A DNA stretch of 64,000 bases from an uncultured Thermus sp. (lineage in GTDB: Bacteria > Deinococcota > Deinococci > Deinococcales > Thermaceae): contig CAMTVD010000035.1 of NCBI GenBank assembly GCA_947085095.1, positions 30,035 through 94,034 of the forward strand, written 5' to 3'. The translations under genes and the position numbers were made by a program. Below, piece by piece: positions 60,144-64,000 of this stretch. The number at the start of each line of letters is the position of its first letter. The first letter of the stretch is position 1. A model generated the notes under the pieces. The model was not told the DNA's origin, did not search any database, and saw only the letters and a program-made list of their open reading frames with translations.

Positions 60144-61141
60144 AGCAACACCCCCACCTCAAAGGCCTCGTACCAGGCGGCGAGGAGGAGGAAATACGCC
60201 CCCAGGTAGAAGGCGAGGAGAAGCCCCCTAAGCCCCTTCCTGTACCCTTCCCCCCTGGCGGTCTTGGCCAGGAGCAGAAGCCCCCCGAAGGTGACCAGGA
60301 TGTAGGCCTGGAGCTCCAGGAGGATGGTGGGCAGGTGGAGCAAAAAGGCCCCGCCCAAAAGGGCCGGGGAGAGGGCCAAGCCGAAGACGAAGTAGCGGAG
60401 GGCGTTCAGGAGGAGGACGGGCACCCCCAGGAGGAGGGCGGGAAGAAGGCCGGTAAGGAAGAGCCCCTGGCTGAAGTTCCAGTGGAAGATGACCCCGGCG
60501 AGGACCAGGAGGCCTTTGCCCACCGCCTCCTCCAGGCCGATGGCCTCCAGGGCCCCCGCAAAGAGGACCTGGAGGGCCCGGGCCAGATCGGGCATCCCGT
60601 AGGCCAAAAGGGCCCCCAGGGCGAAGAGGCCGTAGAGGAGGAGGTTGGTGAAGAGGTAAAGCCCTTTATGGGCCCGCAAGAGGGAAAGGGCCTCCAAAAA
60701 CCAGGCCCTAAAGGGGGTGGGCTGGAAAAGGAGAAGGGTCCAGAAGAGGGAGAGGAGCAAAAACCCAAAGCCCGCCAAGGGGGTGAGGAGGTAGGCGGGC
60801 AGGGCAAGCCCCTCCGGGCGGAAGAAAATGCGCCGCACCTCCTCCCCCTCCAGGACCACCACCACCTCCCCCACCTCCTCCCCTAAGGCGGCGGGGAAGG
60901 CCACGCGGTTTCCCTCCACCTTGGCCCCCTCCAGGTTCACGGAAAGCCCCTTGGGGGGCGGGGGAAAGAGGGCGTAGCGCTCCAGAAGCTTGGGGGCCTC
61001 CTCAGGGGGGGCCTTCACCACCTCCTCCAGCCTCGGGGAAAGCTCCCCCTTGAGCCAGCGGGCCACCGCCTCCCTGGCCACCTCCTCTGGGGCGGCCAGG
61101 GCTAGGGCCAGAAAGAAGCCAAGAAGTCCCAGAAGGCGCAT
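60140..61141 (-). CDS. Hypothetical membrane protein (SpoIIM-like C-terminal region possible)
   Basis: Signal peptide, soluble domain, then about 6 TMs with HLP..LLEL.A and AA.YE. Confidence 0.7.
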   Translation of the reverse strand: MRLLGLLGFFLALALAAPEEVAREAVARWLKGELSPRLEEVVKAPPEEAPKLLERYALFPPPPKGLSVNLEGAKVEGNRVAFPAALGEEVGEVVVVLEGEEVRRIFFRPEGLALPAYLLTPLAGFGFLLLSLFWTLLLFQPTPFRAWFLEALSLLRAHKGLYLFTNLLLYGLFALGALLAYGMPDLARALQVLFAGALEAIGLEEAVGKGLLVLAGVIFHWNFSQGLFLTGLLPALLLGVPVLLLNALRYFVFGLALSPALLGGAFLLHLPTILLELQAYILVTFGGLLLLAKTARGEGYRKGLRGLLLAFYLGAYFLLLAAWYEAFEVGVLL

Positions 61142-61144
61142 GGT

Positions 61145-61696
61145 CTAGACCTCCTCCAGGGGAACCCCCGCCCGGCAGAGGGGGCAGGCCTCGGGGGCGT
61201 ACTGGGGGACCTCGAGGCGGGCCAGGGCCCGGAAGGGAGCCCCGAACTCCGCCTTGCCCCCGCTGCGGTCCACCAAAGCCCCCACCCCCACCAGCACCGC
61301 CCCCCTGGCCTCCGCCGCCCGGATGGCCCTCCGCACGCTCTCCCCCGTGGTTACCACGTCCTCCACCGCCAGGAAGCGGTCCCCAGGGTTCACGAGAAGC
61401 CCCTTGCGGAGGAACATCCCCCCTTGGGCATCCTTCTCCGCAAAAAGGGCCCGGGCTCCCAGGGCCCTGGCCACCACGAAGGAGAGGACCACCCCCCCGA
61501 TGGCGGGGCCGATGACGAAGTCTATCCCCTCCTCCTCAAAGAGCCTGCCCAAGGCCTCCCCCACCGCCTCAGCGTAAAGGGGGTGCTGGAGGAGGGCCGC
61601 CGACTGGAGAAAAAGGGGGGAGTGCATCCCCGAACGCAGGAGGAAGTGGCCCTCCAGGAGGGCCCCCGTCCTCCGGTAAAGCTCCAGGACCTCCAT
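61145..61696 (-). CDS. pyrE: Orotate phosphoribosyltransferase
   Basis: GHFLLRSG, VEDVVTTGES; next to pyrF. Confidence 0.95.
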   Translation of the reverse strand: MEVLELYRRTGALLEGHFLLRSGMHSPLFLQSAALLQHPLYAEAVGEALGRLFEEEGIDFVIGPAIGGVVLSFVVARALGARALFAEKDAQGGMFLRKGLLVNPGDRFLAVEDVVTTGESVRRAIRAAEARGAVLVGVGALVDRSGGKAEFGAPFRALARLEVPQYAPEACPLCRAGVPLEEV

Positions 61697-61701
61697 CCCC
61701 C

Positions 61702-62472
61702 CTACTCTACCAGGGCAAAGAGGGCCTCCGCCGCCTTGAGGGCCTCCTCCAGGTCCGGCTTTCCCCCAGGGTAGTAGAGGGCACGGCTGGCGCTATTTAA
61801 GAGGCCAGGGCCCTTTAGGGGCTTCCCTCCCTGCGCCCCCACCCCGGGAAGGAGGAGGGGAGCGTGGGGAGCCAGGTCCCGGACGGCCAGGACCGCCCCC
61901 TCCGCCGTGGCCCCGGCCACCATCCCCACCCGGCTCCAGGACCCTTCCCGGTAGGCCTCCCCCGCCTTGGCCAGGGCCTCCGCCACGTGGAGGTAAAGGG
62001 GCCTGCCCCCCACCTCCAGGTCCTGGAGGAAGCCCGAGCCCGGGTTCGTGGTCTTGGCCAGGACGAAGACCGCCCCTCCTCTGGCCGAGGCCGCCCGGAA
62101 GAAGGGTTCCAGGGCATCCAGCCCCAGGTAGGGGTTGGCGGTGAGAGCGGTTCCAGGGAAAGCCTCCAGATAAGCCCGGGCATACGCTTCCGCGGTGGAG
62201 CCGATGTCCCCCCGCTTCCCGTCAAAGATCACGGGAAGGCCCATGACCCGGGCCCCGCTCACCAGCTCCCAAAGGAGCTCCATGCCCTCAGGCCCCAGGG
62301 CCTCAAAGAAGGCCAGCTGGAACTTGACCGCGGCCAGGCGAGGGGCCAGGGCCTCCAGGAGCTCCAGGGTGTAGCGGCGGATGTGGGCCAAAGGCTCCCG
62401 GCCGTGCAGCTCGGGCCTGGGGTCCACCCCCAGGACCAAAGGAGGGCGGGAAAGGGCCTCGAGGAAGTCCAC
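61702..62472 (-). CDS. pyrF: Orotidine-5'-phosphate decarboxylase
   Basis: [29 protein letters not shown] start 7 nt after TATAGT. Confidence 0.95.
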   Translation of the reverse strand: MDFLEALSRPPLVLGVDPRPELHGREPLAHIRRYTLELLEALAPRLAAVKFQLAFFEALGPEGMELLWELVSGARVMGLPVIFDGKRGDIGSTAEAYARAYLEAFPGTALTANPYLGLDALEPFFRAASARGGAVFVLAKTTNPGSGFLQDLEVGGRPLYLHVAEALAKAGEAYREGSWSRVGMVAGATAEGAVLAVRDLAPHAPLLLPGVGAQGGKPLKGPGLLNSASRALYYPGGKPDLEEALKAAEALFALVE

Positions 62473-62489
62473 GCCCTTCACTATAGGGC

Positions 62490-62518
62490 TTGACAGGGCA
62501 AAGGTCCCGAGGTACACT
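62490..62518 (+). promoter_or_regulatory. Near-consensus sigmaA promoter of the subtilase gene
   Basis: TTGACA-N17-TACACT, then AAGGAGG RBS. Confidence 0.8.
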
Positions 62519-62543
62519 CCCCGGCGTACCGCAAGGAGGTGCT

Positions 62544-63752
62544 ATGAAGAAACTCGTCTTGGCTTTGGGCCTTCTGGTTCTGGCGGCCTGCCAGCAGCAG
62601 CAGGTGGGGCTTGCGCCCCAAAGCCTTCAGGGGGGCGGCACCTACATCGCCGTCCTGGAGCCGGGCCTCCCCGACCGGGCCCGGATGGCGGAGAAGCTTT
62701 CCGCCCTGGAACGGGAGCACGGCCTCAGCATCCCGGCCGAGGACCGCCTCGAGGCCCTGGGGGCCGTGATCCTCCGCAACCTCTCCCCCGCCAAGGCGGA
62801 GCGCCTGGCTAAGGACCCCCGGGTCTACGCCCTGAGCCCCGACCAGGAGGTGCGGGCCTACGGGGACACCATCCCCTGGGGCGTGGAGCGGATCGGAGCC
62901 CCCACCACCACGGCCAAAGGGGCAGGAGTCTCGGTATACGTTTTGGACACGGGCATCAAGGTGGGCCACGAGGACCTCACCAACCTCAAGGGCGGGTACG
63001 CCGTGGTCAAGTGCCGGGGCCGGTGCGCCGCTTCCTACGACGACGACAACGGCCACGGCACCCACGTGGCGGGCACCGCCGCCGCCGTGGCCAACGGCCT
63101 CGGCGTCCTGGGCGTGGCTCCCCAGGCCGAGCTCTGGGCGGTGAAGGTGCTCTCTGGCTCGGGGTCCGGCTCCATAAGCGGCATCGTCCAAGGGATCAAC
63201 TGGGTCATCGGCCACAACAACGGGGGCAAACCCAAGGTCATCAACATGAGCCTGGGCGGAAGCGGCACCGACGACCAAGACGGCCTCTACTGCCCCACCA
63301 CCCGCTCCACCAACGCCTTCCATAACGCAATCCAGAAAGCCGTCTGCGACTACCGGATCACCGTGGTGGTGGCCGCCGGCAACGAGGGCATAGATGCCCG
63401 CAACGCTGTCCCCGCCGCTTACGATGAGGTCATCACCGTGAGCGCCACCAACAGCCAAGACGACTGGCCCTCCTGGTCCAACTACGGCCCTGACGTGGAC
63501 CTGGCCGCCCCCGGGGTCTCCATCCTCTCCACCTGGCACACCTCCACCAAGAGCTACAACACCATCAGCGGCACCTCCATGGCTTCTCCCCACGTGGCTG
63601 GAGCCGCCGCCCTGGTCCTCTCCCGCTACCCCAGCTACACCCCCCTCCAGGTGAAGCAGGCCCTCCTGCAAAACGCCGAGAGCACCGCCTCCTGGACCAA
63701 CACCTCAGGGCATCCCCACCCCGAGCCCTTCCTGAACGTGCGGGGCTTCTAA
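62544..63752 (+). CDS. S8 subtilisin-like serine protease, predicted lipoprotein
   Basis: Lipobox LAAC, I9-like propeptide, VLDTG, HGTHVAG, AAGN, GTSMASPHVAG. Confidence 0.93.
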   Translation: MKKLVLALGLLVLAACQQQQVGLAPQSLQGGGTYIAVLEPGLPDRARMAEKLSALEREHGLSIPAEDRLEALGAVILRNLSPAKAERLAKDPRVYALSPDQEVRAYGDTIPWGVERIGAPTTTAKGAGVSVYVLDTGIKVGHEDLTNLKGGYAVVKCRGRCAASYDDDNGHGTHVAGTAAAVANGLGVLGVAPQAELWAVKVLSGSGSGSISGIVQGINWVIGHNNGGKPKVINMSLGGSGTDDQDGLYCPTTRSTNAFHNAIQKAVCDYRITVVVAAGNEGIDARNAVPAAYDEVITVSATNSQDDWPSWSNYGPDVDLAAPGVSILSTWHTSTKSYNTISGTSMASPHVAGAAALVLSRYPSYTPLQVKQALLQNAESTASWTNTSGHPHPEPFLNVRGF

Positions 63753-63756
63753 GGGG

Positions 63757-63814
63757 AAAACGCCCCCTCCGCGGGAGGGGGCCAAAGCAGAAACCCCCCT
63801 AACGGGGGGTTTCT
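63757..63814. terminator. Two hairpins between the convergent subtilase and 16S genes
   Basis: GCCCCCTCC-GCG-GGAGGGGGC with an AAAA run just to its left, and AGAAACCCCCC-TAAC-GGGGGGTTTCT. Confidence 0.75.
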
Positions 63815-63861
63815 CGCGCTGGCTTGGCGGGGCTTGAAAGCGCGGGAACGGGCTTCGTGCT

Positions 63862-64000
<139 letters not shown>

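Overview
Very GC-rich chromosomal window from a Thermus species (Deinococcota). The assignment rests on the RpoB/RpoC/RecA/AlaRS sequences, the long beta' insertion and the 16S 3' end. The left two-thirds is mostly core genome: mutM, a TPP-riboswitch thiamine ABC transporter, rpoBC, ygfZ-cinA-thpR-recA-rny-mreB-fabZ, mltG-ruvX-alaS, cdr, aceA and sufCBD. A less GC-rich two-gene insert encodes a Dam-like methylase and a very small PD-(D/E)XK nuclease. A 12.8 kb copper-resistance cluster lies between sufCBD-Rieske and sufS-sufU. It contains copZ-csoR-copA, an OmpR-type two-component system, cueP, a multicopper oxidase, copB and several uncharacterised Met/His-rich and membrane proteins. Four of its promoters carry the same CTTTAC-N4-GCTTAA-N11-TANNNT element and a fifth carries a degenerate copy, which defines a candidate regulon. 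One cluster gene is broken by a clean 20-bp hairpin-containing insertion. The right end has a Uma2 pseudogene, gpsA, pyrEF, a lipoprotein subtilase and the 3' end of a 16S rRNA gene not linked to 23S. I saw no CRISPR array, tRNA or intact transposase. All calls are by-eye motif recognition; no database searches were run.
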